A DNA stretch of 64,000 nt from an uncultured Anaerolineaceae bacterium (GCA_964425305.1 CAYRMQ010000001.1:1786-65785), one strand, 5' to 3'; positions 29,197-38,373 are shown, numbered from the stretch's first letter. Notes: a model not told the origin generated them from the sequence alone. Numbers and translations: made by a program.

Positions 29197-29264
29197 GAGG
29201 CCGGCTGACGGCGCTCGCGACGTCGCGGATGGAGGGGCCTATCCCCACCGAGATGAGACGGGGG

Positions 29265-29340
29265 TGGCGCGCCCGGCAGGATTCGAACCCGCGACCTGGT
29301 GGTCCGAAGCCACCCGCTCTATCCACTGAGCTACAGGCGC
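29265..29340 (-). tRNA. tRNA-Arg (anticodon TCG)
   Basis: The reverse complement is GCGCCTGTAGCTCAGTGGATAGAGCGGGTGGCTTCGGACCACCAGGTCGCGGGTTCGAATCCTGCCGGGCGCGCCA. It has a 7-bp acceptor stem, GCTC/GAGC D stem, GGTGG/CCACC anticodon stem with loop CTTCGGA, a GGTTCGAATCC T arm and an encoded CCA. Confidence 0.95.
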
Positions 29341-29394
29341 AGCCTTACGCCCTGATTGTAGAGGCTGCCGTCGCGGCGACCGGCCAGAGGGCTG

Positions 29395-30321
29395 CTACGG
29401 GCCGCGCGGGGCGGGCGGGCGGTAGGGCCGCGAGTTGGGGACTTCGGCGTTCGACGGTCCCTGCGAGCCGCCCGGCGGAACCGCGTCCGGGACCGGCGGC
29501 ACGGCGGGGCCGTCGCCCGGTACCGGCGGGAAGACGTCGCCCGGCAGCGGCGGTCCGACGTCGCCTGGGACAGGTGGTCCGACGTCCCCCGGTACCGGCG
29601 GAACCACGTCGCCTGGAACGGGCGGCGCCACGTCGCCTGGAACGGGCGGCGCCACGTCGCCGGGCGGACCGATGGGCGGCACGCGATCGACAGCCTGGCT
29701 GCCTCGTTGCAGCACCTGCTGGAGCGCGTTACGCGCAGGCTCGGGCACCTCGTTGAGCAGTCCCTCGAGCACCGTCAGGTGGTGCGTCAGCACCGACTCG
29801 AGGTCCGGCGGCGCGTGGTCGGCGGTCGCGGCCATGACCGCCTCCAGGCTGGTGCCGTACGCGTCGAGTGCAGCCTCGACGCCAAGCCCGTTGCCTGCCG
29901 CCGCCGCCGCGCTGGCCTCGGCCAGGCGCGTCTCGAGGCGCGCCAGCTCGGCTGCCGCGCGCGCCGCCGGATCGGCCGGCAGCGTAGCCGTCTCGACCCA
30001 CAGCTTGACCGGATAGAGGGCACCGCCGGGCGGTGCAGCCGCTACCGCACCGGCCATCAGCGCCAGCATCAGCGAGGCGGCGAGGAGGGAGATCGCGAGC
30101 CGCCGCGGACGCCACGGCCGGGCGCGATATTGGTCGATCGGGATGACGGGCGCGGTCGCCGGCACTGCCGGGGCGGCCTGCTCGGCGGCGCGTGCCAGGA
30201 GCTCCGAACGGACATGAGCCATGGCCGCCGGATCGGGCGACAGGCGCGCGTCGGCATACGCCTCCAGGCGCCGCGCCAGTTCCCTGTTCTCCGGTCGTCG
30301 ATTGTTCATCGGCTCGTTCAT
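29395..30321 (-). CDS. anti-sigma-factor-like single-pass membrane protein with C-terminal PPVPGDV heptad repeats
   Basis: Starts 2 nt after the sigma gene stop. One TM helix (LAISLLAASLMLALMAGAVAAA), a helical extracytoplasmic domain, and about seven 21-nt tandem repeats. Confidence 0.75.
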   Translation of the reverse strand: MNEPMNNRRPENRELARRLEAYADARLSPDPAAMAHVRSELLARAAEQAAPAVPATAPVIPIDQYRARPWRPRRLAISLLAASLMLALMAGAVAAAPPGGALYPVKLWVETATLPADPAARAAAELARLETRLAEASAAAAAGNGLGVEAALDAYGTSLEAVMAATADHAPPDLESVLTHHLTVLEGLLNEVPEPARNALQQVLQRGSQAVDRVPPIGPPGDVAPPVPGDVAPPVPGDVVPPVPGDVGPPVPGDVGPPLPGDVFPPVPGDGPAVPPVPDAVPPGGSQGPSNAEVPNSRPYRPPAPRGP

Positions 30322-30322
30322 C

Positions 30323-30946
30323 TCAGCTCGTCGTCCGCCTCGCCTGCCGCACCTGCCTCATCGGCCGTACCGGCCGGCCCGGGGGGACCGTTGCACTGTC
30401 GGTCTCGAGGCCGAGCTGCCGGCGCAGCGCGCCGATGGCCCGGAACTGGAGACCGCGGATCGTCCCTTCCTGCTTGCCCATCGCCGCCGCCGCCTCGCGC
30501 GCCGAGAGGCCGACGAAGAAGCGCAGCGCGATGACCTCTCGCTGCTCCTCGGTCAGCCTCGTGAGTGCCTGCCCGACGGCCTCGACGGCCTGCCGCGACG
30601 CGGCGAGCTGCTCGGGCCCTGGGTCGGCGCCGGCGTGTCCGATCGCTGCATCGAGCTCAGCGTGTGCGTGATTCGTCCTTACGTGGTCGATGACCGCATT
30701 CCTGGCCAGCCGGAAGAGCCAGCCCCCGAATGGGATGCCCCGCGATTCGTATCGCGGCAATGCCTCCAGGGCCTTGACGAAGACGGTCTGCGTCAGGTCC
30801 TCCGCGTCGCTCGGGCGCCTGACGCGGCTGGCTATATAGCGGTGGACGGCTACGTGGTAGTGGTCGAAGAGGCGTCCGAACGCCTCGGCGTCGCCCGACC
30901 GGGCGTCGCCCACCAACCGCTCGATCGCGTCGTCGTCGCTCTTCAC
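30323..30946 (-). CDS. ECF-type RNA polymerase sigma-70 family factor
   Basis: Region 2 reads DAEDLTQTVFVKALEAL..GWLFRLARNAVIDH. Region 4 reads LSAREAAAAMGKQEGTIRGLQFRAIGALR. Confidence 0.9.
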   Translation of the reverse strand: MKSDDDAIERLVGDARSGDAEAFGRLFDHYHVAVHRYIASRVRRPSDAEDLTQTVFVKALEALPRYESRGIPFGGWLFRLARNAVIDHVRTNHAHAELDAAIGHAGADPGPEQLAASRQAVEAVGQALTRLTEEQREVIALRFFVGLSAREAAAAMGKQEGTIRGLQFRAIGALRRQLGLETDSATVPPGRPVRPMRQVRQARRTTS

Positions 30947-31028
30947 AACGAATGGACCAGCAGTACGTTAGGAGCGCCGAAGGCCGCTGCGCCCGGCGCC
31001 CACGCCGGCGTGCCCGTCATCCGGCCGG

Positions 31029-31691
31029 TCACTCCCCGTCGACACCGGGCGCGTCGAGGTAGGTCTGGTTGGCCACCTCGACGTAGATCCTGGGAGCCTC
31101 GCCCTCCAGATCGGTGTAGGTGGCGACGCGCAGCGCCCCATCCGGCGTCTCCGCGTACTCGTCGCCGAGGTGGGTGGCGAACCAGGTCAGGATCGCCGCG
31201 CCGCGCTCCTCGCCGAGCATCGCGCCGAGGAAGCCGGCCAGCGGTTCGAGCGCGTCGATCGGCGCGAGGCTCGTCTGCCCCGCCGCCGCCTCGACGCTGG
31301 CGAAGCCGTTGGCCAGCTCGCCGTCAGGGTCGACGACGACACCGATGACGAGCGTTCGCCCGTCGCCGTCGACGCTTGCGCAGCTCCGGTACGAGAAGTC
31401 CGCTGCCGTCGTGCTCGGCCGCCAGTCGGTGCATTCGTAGCCGAGGCCCTCGTAGTAACCGAGGACGTCGTCGGCCACGAACGCGAAGCCGGCACCGCGA
31501 GTTGGGCTCGCCGGCGCCGTCGGCGTCGGTGGCGGTGGTGTTTCCGACGGCTGGTCATCGGCTGGCGTGCTCGGCGGCGTGGCGGTCGGACCGATCGTCG
31601 GGTTCGCCGGGCTGGGCGTCGGCGTCTCTGTCGTGGCGCAGGCCAGCAGCACACACGCCGTCATCAGAGACGCAACAAACTGCTTGAGCAA
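31029..31691 (-). CDS. lipoprotein of unknown function
   Basis: The TTG start has GGAGGGAG 8 nt upstream. The signal peptide is LKQFVASLMTACVLLAC with a lipobox Cys, followed by a Pro/Thr-rich linker. The track's GTG at 31715 is an alternative start. Confidence 0.7.
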   Translation of the reverse strand: MLKQFVASLMTACVLLACATTETPTPSPANPTIGPTATPPSTPADDQPSETPPPPTPTAPASPTRGAGFAFVADDVLGYYEGLGYECTDWRPSTTAADFSYRSCASVDGDGRTLVIGVVVDPDGELANGFASVEAAAGQTSLAPIDALEPLAGFLGAMLGEERGAAILTWFATHLGDEYAETPDGALRVATYTDLEGEAPRIYVEVANQTYLDAPGVDGE

Positions 31692-31865
31692 TTGGGCGGC
31701 TCCCTCCAAGACCACGACGCATTGATCTTCGGATGATCGTAGCCCGAGTAACGGGCCCTCGAACGTCCTGCTCGCACTCCGAGATGGTCCGCTCGAGAAG
31801 GGCCGAGACTCGCATTTTTGCCGAGATGGCCAAACGAAAGCCCCGATGGTTCGTTATCCGTGGGC

Positions 31866-32315
31866 ATGAAGCGGATCATTCCAACAGCCGTCGGTGCGAC
31901 CGCGATGGTCGCCCTATCAGCATCTGTTGCACTTGCCGAGCTGCCCGACGACGCCACCGGTCACGGTGAGCAGGTGTCGGCGGTCGCGCGGGCGGTGGAG
32001 CATGTCAGCGGGCAAGCGCGCGGCGAGGCAGTTTCGGCTCTCGCCCGAAGCCATGGCCCACTCGTCTCTGCTGCGGCCCGCGAGCACGCCGCAGCCGTCT
32101 CGGCAGCAGGCAAGGCGAAGGCGGCCGCCAACGCCGCCGCCGCTCAGGAGAAGGCTGCTGCTGCCCAGCAGAATGCGGAGGCTAATGCCGAGGCGGGCAA
32201 GGCTAAAGGCGCCGCGGCTTCCGAGCCGGGTCGGCTCAAGGCTGCCGCCGCGGCGGCCAATGCCGGCGGGCCCGGCACCGACGACGAAGAGGAACAGGAA
32301 ACCGAAGACGACTAA
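31866..32315 (+). CDS. secreted Ala-rich low-complexity protein
   Basis: Met17 of ORF 31818..32315 gives the signal peptide MKRIIPTAVGATAMVALSASVALA. The body is Ala/Lys/Glu-rich with an acidic tail. Confidence 0.6.
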   Translation: MKRIIPTAVGATAMVALSASVALAELPDDATGHGEQVSAVARAVEHVSGQARGEAVSALARSHGPLVSAAAREHAAAVSAAGKAKAAANAAAAQEKAAAAQQNAEANAEAGKAKGAAASEPGRLKAAAAAANAGGPGTDDEEEQETEDD

Positions 32316-32532
32316 CCATAGCCCCCCACTAGCGGGATCAGGCCGGGGATCACACTCTGCAGCATCCGTGTGGTCTCCGGCCAACCATTTCGACCCGCTC
32401 ACCGGCTGTGCGTCCGACCAAGACCGAGGCGGTCGTCGTGCCCCCGGCGCCGGGCTGACCCTTGGGTCCCTTCCCCCCGGGTCACGGTCGAGGTCAAGCG
32501 CAGCCGGTGAGTCGGGCGCGTAGCCGAGTCAT

Positions 32533-32574
32533 CGCAGAAAGAGAGACGGCCGGGTCGAGCGACCCGGCCGTCTC
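32533..32574 (-). terminator. intrinsic terminator after the S8 protease gene (possibly bidirectional)
   Basis: Perfect 14-bp stem GAGACGGCCGGGTC-GAGC-GACCCGGCCGTCTC (32543-32574), 17 nt after the stop. It is followed on the minus strand by CTCTTTCT. Confidence 0.7.
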
Positions 32575-32590
32575 CTGAGCTTTAGTAGCG

Positions 32591-34561
32591 CTAGGCCGTC
32601 GGTTTGACAACGGTGATGGTGGTGCCATTACTGTCGCCGTCGGGGTCGTGATTAGAACCGGCGTCGTACGTCAGCGACGAGTGCGTCACGTTGTCGATGG
32701 TGAGCGTGACGCTCCCGCTTTGACCCATGATCGAGCCGGTCGAGAAGCTCACTGTCCCGTTGGAGGCTGTCGTCCCAGTCACGCTCCCGTTGCGATCGCC
32801 GCTCCAGGTGGCCGTCACCGAGGCATTGGCGACCGGATTGTGGCCGGCGTCGTGGATCGTCACAGTCACGATCGCCTCCCAGCGCCCGCTCTTCCCCTTC
32901 AACGACGCTGTTGCGTCGAGGTCACCGACGTGCATGGTCGTGCCTGAGGCCGCGGGGCTGATCGTGATCGAGACGGTAGCCGTATTCGAGTCGGCCGTTC
33001 CGTCGTTCGCCTTGTAGGTGAAGCTATCGCTCGTGGCGCCGGGCCCTGAGGTGTAACTGAAGGAGCCGTCTGAATTGAGTGTCAACGAGCCGTTCGAGAC
33101 GCCGGATACGAGAACGGCCGTGAGCGGATCGTTGTCGGCGTCGGAGTCGTTGCCCAGCACTCCCGGAGCGTCCACGTTCAGGGTCACGCCTTCGGTGGCC
33201 GTGTAGGCATCGTCGCTGGCGACTGGCGCCGTGTTCGTGTCTCCGCCGCCACCGCCACCCGAACCGGCCAGGTCGCAACTGCCGTTGCCCTTGAAGGCGG
33301 CGCCATTAACGAAAAGCAGGCGCTCTGTCGTCCCGCGCTCGTTGTCGTAGCTGCAGGCGTGGTTGCTGGTCCCTTCGGGCAGGGCCGCGCCGACGATGGC
33401 GTCCTCGATGTTCTTGACACCTGTCGCAGTCGTCGCCGGCAGCTTGCCATTGGCGTGGAGGTACAGCGCCACCGCTCCGGCTACGTGCGGAGTGGCCATG
33501 CTCGTGCCGCTGATCGTGTTGTAGCCGCCGTCGTTCCAGGTCGACAGGATGCACACGCCCGGTGCGGCGATGTCGACGTTCCAGTTGCTGAAGTTGGCAA
33601 GCGTGTCGTCCTCATCACTGCGGCACGTCGGGGAGCCGGCCTTACCGCCCTTGCCATCGAAGTCGGCCGCCGCTGCGACCGTGAACGCCTCTGGATAGGC
33701 GTCCTTCTTGCGCGCGTCGTTGCCGCCGGCCATGGCGAAGACCACGCCCTGCGCTACGACCCCGCAGATGGCCGTATGGGTGGCGTTGACACCCTGATTG
33801 TTCGAGTTGCACTTCTGAGTGGTGTCGGCGCTGCTGATGCTGAAGTTGGCCGCCGCGAAGTTGATCCCGGGATCGCCATCCGCGCTGCCATCGTTCGCTT
33901 CGGCCTTGCGCTGGGCAACGTGATTGATGCCGGCGATGATGTCGCCGCCCATGCAGATGCCGCCCGGCTTGCAGACCTGGACGCCATAGACCGGCGTTCC
34001 CGGCGCGACACCGACGACGCCCGCGGTGTTGCCCACCGCGCCAATCGTGCCCGCGACATGAGTCCCGTGGCCGTTTTTGTCGAAGCCATCGCCGCCGGAG
34101 AAGCTGACCCGGCCGAGCACGTTCAGATCAGAGTGCGCGGCGATACCGGTATCGATGACTGCCACGGGCAGACTGACCTGCCCGCCCGGGCCGTCGATGT
34201 CGACGGCGGTGTTCTTGTCGACCTCGATCCGATCGACGCCAGTGGGAACTGTCTGATCGACGATGCGCTCAATCGTCTCGACCTCGACGTGCACGACCTG
34301 CGGGTTCGCCGCCATGGCAGAGACCGCGCGGGATGGAACCGATGCGACGAAGCCCTTCAGGGCCGTGTCGTACACATGGCGCGCGGTGAAGCCGTGGGCG
34401 CCCCCGAGCTGCCGGGCCAGTGCGGCCGGATTGGACACCGCGTTGTCAAAGACGACGATGACCGAGGTTTGCGTCGCCGCCGATGTCGCGGCGACGGACC
34501 AAACAAGAGTGAGCGTGACGAGGACGCTGACGGCGGATCCTCGGTGGAATCGGCGGAACAT
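32591..34561 (-). CDS. secreted S8 family (subtilisin-like) serine peptidase with I9 propeptide, cadherin-like domain and C-terminal beta-sandwich
   Basis: Catalytic motifs AVIDTGI (Asp), HGTHVAGT (His) and GTSMATPHVAG (Ser). Also a signal peptide, a GSGGGGGGD linker and LGNDSDADNDPLT. Confidence 0.9.
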   Translation of the reverse strand: MFRRFHRGSAVSVLVTLTLVWSVAATSAATQTSVIVVFDNAVSNPAALARQLGGAHGFTARHVYDTALKGFVASVPSRAVSAMAANPQVVHVEVETIERIVDQTVPTGVDRIEVDKNTAVDIDGPGGQVSLPVAVIDTGIAAHSDLNVLGRVSFSGGDGFDKNGHGTHVAGTIGAVGNTAGVVGVAPGTPVYGVQVCKPGGICMGGDIIAGINHVAQRKAEANDGSADGDPGINFAAANFSISSADTTQKCNSNNQGVNATHTAICGVVAQGVVFAMAGGNDARKKDAYPEAFTVAAAADFDGKGGKAGSPTCRSDEDDTLANFSNWNVDIAAPGVCILSTWNDGGYNTISGTSMATPHVAGAVALYLHANGKLPATTATGVKNIEDAIVGAALPEGTSNHACSYDNERGTTERLLFVNGAAFKGNGSCDLAGSGGGGGGDTNTAPVASDDAYTATEGVTLNVDAPGVLGNDSDADNDPLTAVLVSGVSNGSLTLNSDGSFSYTSGPGATSDSFTYKANDGTADSNTATVSITISPAASGTTMHVGDLDATASLKGKSGRWEAIVTVTIHDAGHNPVANASVTATWSGDRNGSVTGTTASNGTVSFSTGSIMGQSGSVTLTIDNVTHSSLTYDAGSNHDPDGDSNGTTITVVKPTA

Positions 34562-34695
34562 ATCTCCTCCCCTTCGTATGAAGAAGTGTAGTTATGGGCG
34601 CGTTGTGGGAGCCTTGTCAAGGACAGACTTGTGACTCCGTCGCGCGCGCGCACCGGCGCACGAGCAAGCGAGCCGGACGCCGCCGTCAAGCGGCG

Positions 34696-35499
34696 TCAGG
34701 CGGGAGCCGCGATGTCACGCCGCAGGAAGACGACCAGCGCATATGCCGTCGCGGCGAGCGCGACCGCAGCGAGTACCACAACATCGACGATCGGTAGCCC
34801 CGACTCGAGCACGGCGTCGGGCCGCAGGTAGTGGAAGAGTGAGTAAGAGCGCAGCCAGTCGGCGTCGGGCCAGATCGTGCCGATGAACTGGAGCGAGTAC
34901 GAGGTCAGCACAATGGCCAGCGCCAGTGCCGCCGCCGGCGCCGTCCGGTCGTGGCTGACAGAGGCAGCCAGCGAGATGGCCGCGATCGCCAGGTACAGCG
35001 CAAGCATGTTGAGCCACAGCGCCGGCAGGTGCTCGACGATCAGCTCGTCTAGAACGTTCATCATCGCCGCCGACGCCGCCGTGCCAACCAGCGCGGCCGC
35101 CACCGCCGCGGCCACGAAGAGCGTCGCTGCACCGAGCACGGTCAGGCACAGGGAGCGCCGCGACACCGGCCGTCCCAGCACGACCTCGAGCGTGCCACGC
35201 TGGCGCTCGCCGGCCACGGCCGACACGCAGTAGCCGATGGCGAAGACAGACAGCAGCGCGATGGCGATCGGATGCGCCAGCCCGAGACCGATCCAGCCGG
35301 CGAGCGAAAAGAGGTTGCCGCCGCCAACGGTCCCCAGTTGGCCGAGCGCCGGGACGCGGTCGGCGAGCGCGCGCAGCTCGATGCCGAAGGTGGCGTAGAT
35401 CACCGGCATGAGCAGGCCCCAGACGGCGAGCGCGCCGCAGATGGCCAGCAGCCGGGTGCGATGGTGGCGGAAGGCGTGGCGGAGGACCGCGGCGTTCAT
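34696..35499 (-). CDS. ABC-2 type exporter permease
   Basis: 267 aa with six hydrophobic segments. It lies 16 nt downstream of the ATPase gene. Confidence 0.8.
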   Translation of the reverse strand: MNAAVLRHAFRHHRTRLLAICGALAVWGLLMPVIYATFGIELRALADRVPALGQLGTVGGGNLFSLAGWIGLGLAHPIAIALLSVFAIGYCVSAVAGERQRGTLEVVLGRPVSRRSLCLTVLGAATLFVAAAVAAALVGTAASAAMMNVLDELIVEHLPALWLNMLALYLAIAAISLAASVSHDRTAPAAALALAIVLTSYSLQFIGTIWPDADWLRSYSLFHYLRPDAVLESGLPIVDVVVLAAVALAATAYALVVFLRRDIAAPA

Positions 35500-35515
35500 C
35501 GGTCGACAGCGCCCT

Positions 35516-36433
35516 TCACGGCTCGTCGTAGTACTCGAGGAACGCCTCCTCGAGGCGTGCCGGCTCGATCGTCAGGTCGCGCACGCGGGCGCCGGCGATG
35601 AGTGCCAGGAAGGGCCCTACGTCGCCCTCCAGCTCGCACGTGACCAGGCCGTCGCGGACGATGACGTCTGAGACGCCCGGGACAACCGTCAAATCCGGCG
35701 CAGGCCCCTCGAGACGCATCTCGACGTGGCGCCGCCGCCGGGCGAGCAGCGCGGCCACGTCCTCCAGCGCGACGAGCACGCCCTCACGGACGATCGCCAC
35801 GCGGCTGCACACCCGCTCAGCCTCGGACAGGATGTGCGACGAGAAGAAGATCGTGCGGCCGGCGCGCCGGCGCTCGTCGAGGATGTCGTAGAAGACGCGC
35901 TGCATCAGCGGGTCGAGGCCCTCGCTCGGCTCGTCGAGGATGGCCAGCTCGGGATCGTGCTGCAGCGCCTGCACGATGCCCAGCTTCTGGCGCATGCCGC
36001 GCGAGTAGTCGCGAACCTGCCGGCGCAGGATCTCGCGCGGCAGCTGCAGCCGCTCGGCGAGCTCGTCGCGCAGCGGCGCCGGCCGCCCGTACAGCCGCGC
36101 CAGGTAGTCGAGCACCTGCTCGCCGGTCAGCGTGTCGTAGAACGCGATGCCGCCGGGCAGGTAGCCGGTGGCGCGCCGGACGGCGAGACTGTCGCGGCGG
36201 ATGTCGTGGCCGAGCACGCGCGCGCCGCCGGCCGTCGGGTGCATGTAGCCGAGCAGCAGCCGGATCAGCGTCGTCTTGCCCGCGCCGTTGGGCCCGAGGA
36301 AGCCGAACACCTCCCCTTCCCTGACCTCGACCGACAGATCGGTCAGGGCGGCCACGCGCTGCTCCCCCCAGAAGCTCGCCAGCCGGCCGGCACCGTAGTG
36401 CTTGGTCAGGCCGAAGGTTTCGATGACGGCCAC
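35516..36433 (-). CDS. ABC transporter ATP-binding protein
   Basis: Walker A GPNGAGKTT, signature YSRGMRQK, Walker B LAILDEP. GTG at 36433 gives a typical N-terminus (VAVIETFGLTKHYG). TTG at 36481 is an alternative. Confidence 0.9.
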   Translation of the reverse strand: MAVIETFGLTKHYGAGRLASFWGEQRVAALTDLSVEVREGEVFGFLGPNGAGKTTLIRLLLGYMHPTAGGARVLGHDIRRDSLAVRRATGYLPGGIAFYDTLTGEQVLDYLARLYGRPAPLRDELAERLQLPREILRRQVRDYSRGMRQKLGIVQALQHDPELAILDEPSEGLDPLMQRVFYDILDERRRAGRTIFFSSHILSEAERVCSRVAIVREGVLVALEDVAALLARRRRHVEMRLEGPAPDLTVVPGVSDVIVRDGLVTCELEGDVGPFLALIAGARVRDLTIEPARLEEAFLEYYDEP

Positions 36434-36537
36434 GGGCAGCAGGCTACGCCACGCGCCACGCTGCTGCACGACCAAGTGCAACAGCAGTGCAACGGCGAGC
36501 CGAGTCCGACCGCCGCATCGACCATCCGCCGGCGGTC

Positions 36538-37128
36538 ATGCTGCCGACCGTGACCACCACCGAGTCGTCGGCTCCCAGCCGTGCGTCGGGCATCGACGAC
36601 TCCACCACCGCCGTGTTCCTGGACCTCGACACGGCCCTGCTCGCGATGCACCAGGGCAAGCGCGGCCTGGAGCTCGGGCTGCAGGCCGACCTGCCCGAGG
36701 CGATCGAACGGCTGGAGCAGGTGTCGGATCGGCTGTTCGTGCTCGTCGATCCGCCGCCGCTGGAGGGGTCGGCCGGCCGCGAGACCGCGCGCCGGCTGGA
36801 GGTGCTGCGCGAGGGGCTCGGTCCGCTCGTCGATCGGCTGACCATCGTCACCTGCCCGCACGGCGAGGACGGATCGTGTGACTGCGCCAAGCCGAGGTCG
36901 GGGCTGATCGAGGTCGCCACCGAGGAGCACGGCGCGCCACGGCGGGCCGGATGGCACATCGGCGCTGACCAGGAGGGCGTCCAGGCCGGGCGCGCGGCCG
37001 GGCTGCGCACGATCCGGATCGGGCCCGTCGGCGAGGACCACCTGAGCAACGTCCACCGCGCCGACTACGAGGCGCGCGACCTCCTCGACGCGGCCAATCG
37101 CATCATGCTCGAGTCGCTGGCGATCTAG
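36538..37128 (+). CDS. HAD-IIIA family hydrolase (GmhB-like phosphatase)
   Basis: FLDLDTAL (DxDx motif), CDCAKPRSG resembling GmhB CxCRKP, and a later GADQEGVQAG. The start is uncertain (36487 or 36538). Confidence 0.65.
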   Translation: MLPTVTTTESSAPSRASGIDDSTTAVFLDLDTALLAMHQGKRGLELGLQADLPEAIERLEQVSDRLFVLVDPPPLEGSAGRETARRLEVLREGLGPLVDRLTIVTCPHGEDGSCDCAKPRSGLIEVATEEHGAPRRAGWHIGADQEGVQAGRAAGLRTIRIGPVGEDHLSNVHRADYEARDLLDAANRIMLESLAI

Positions 37129-37817
37129 GTCCCTTCGTCGCTGGAGCGGCGGTGTACCAGCCACCAGCCGAGGGGCAGCAGCCCGGCGGCGACGGCCAGC
37201 TTCAGCGCATCGCCGATGACGAACGGCAGCAGCCCCAGCTCCAGCGCGCGGCCCAGCGGGAGCCCGACGGCGGCCATCAGCCACGGCACGCCGACCAGGT
37301 AGATGGCGATATTGCCGATGACCATCGCCGCCAGCGAGCCACCGATTTTGCGATCCCAACCGAGCTCCGCCAGGCGGCCGACGATGCCGCCGGCAAGCAG
37401 GAAGCCGACGAGATAGCCGCCCGTCGCACCGAGGACCACCCCGCCGCCCTGGAAGCTCAGGATGGTCGACAGGCCAGAGCGGTAGGTGTCGGTCGCCTGG
37501 TCGTAGGCGAAGACGGGCAGGCCGAGGGCACCGATGAGCAGGTACAGCCCGACGGCACCGAGTGCCCGCCGGTACCCGAGCAAGGCGCCGATGAACAGGA
37601 CGCCGAAGGTCTGCAGGCTGACCGGCACGAACGGGTTGCCCGGCAGGTAGAAGCTGACTCGCGCGCAGAGCGCGATGAGCAGCGCACCGGCGACGATCAT
37701 CAGCAGGTGGCGCTGCCAGGCGGCGGCTCGCTCGCCGATGCGGATCGGCACGAGGAAGTCGCCGAGAGTTATGCCGCGCTCGAATGGGGGCACACGCGCC
37801 CAGCGGGTTGCGATCAT
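37125..37817 (-). CDS. bioY: biotin transporter BioY
   Basis: 230 aa. Reads VPVSLQTFGVLFIGALLG, GGYLVGF and IYLVGVPWL, typical of the BioY family. Confidence 0.85.
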   Translation of the reverse strand: MIATRWARVPPFERGITLGDFLVPIRIGERAAAWQRHLLMIVAGALLIALCARVSFYLPGNPFVPVSLQTFGVLFIGALLGYRRALGAVGLYLLIGALGLPVFAYDQATDTYRSGLSTILSFQGGGVVLGATGGYLVGFLLAGGIVGRLAELGWDRKIGGSLAAMVIGNIAIYLVGVPWLMAAVGLPLGRALELGLLPFVIGDALKLAVAAGLLPLGWWLVHRRSSDEGT

Positions 37818-37880
37818 TGGCCGGATCGTAGCAGCGCCGCTCGGCGCGCCGCAACGCGAATCGAGGGCGTCCGGCCTGGT

Positions 37881-37962
37881 CCTCGGCCAGGCGGTCGGGT
37901 CTACTCGGCCAGGCGGTCGACCTACTCGGCAGGCGGTCGACCTACTCGGCCAGGCGGTCGGT
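37881..37962. repeat. four tandem 20-21-nt units (CTACTCGGCCAGGCGGTCGAC type)
   Basis: Units at 37881-37900, 37901-37921, 37922-37941 and 37942-37962. The last unit is the final 6 codons plus TAG stop of CDS 37942..38313. Confidence 0.85.
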
Positions 37963-38313
37963 CAGCGTGAAGCTCAGCCGGCCCAGGTTGATCTCGGTCA
38001 GCTCGACCTCGAGGATGTGGTCTCCCGGCGCGAGCTGGTCGCCCTCGACGCGGAGCGTGATGCGGTCGCCCTTCTCGACGCGGATCGGGTTGCGCGTGCT
38101 GACGTCGGCCGCGCGCAGCTCGACGTCCTCGCCGTGGCGTCGGGCGGTGACCGCCTCCCTCGGGATCTCTCGACCGCCGACGTTGATGCGCCCGATGCCG
38201 ACCAGCACGCCGCTGCCGAGCGGATTGTGCGCCTCCAACTGGAAGCCGGTCGGCGTGTTGCGCAGGCTGCCCTGCACGTAGAACTGGCGCGCCATGAAGC
38301 TGGGGACCTTCAC
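37942..38313 (-). CDS. hypothetical protein
   Basis: The ORF has coding-like composition. Candidate starts are GTG 38313 (GGAGGA 4 nt upstream), ATG 38295 and ATG 38355. No family recognised. Confidence 0.5.
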   Translation of the reverse strand: MKVPSFMARQFYVQGSLRNTPTGFQLEAHNPLGSGVLVGIGRINVGGREIPREAVTARRHGEDVELRAADVSTRNPIRVEKGDRITLRVEGDQLAPGDHILEVELTEINLGRLSFTLTDRLAE

Positions 38314-38373
38314 GTCTCCTCCGGGCGTGGGCGAGTGCAACACTATGCCAGCCATGGCTCGGGGCTGCCGCAA

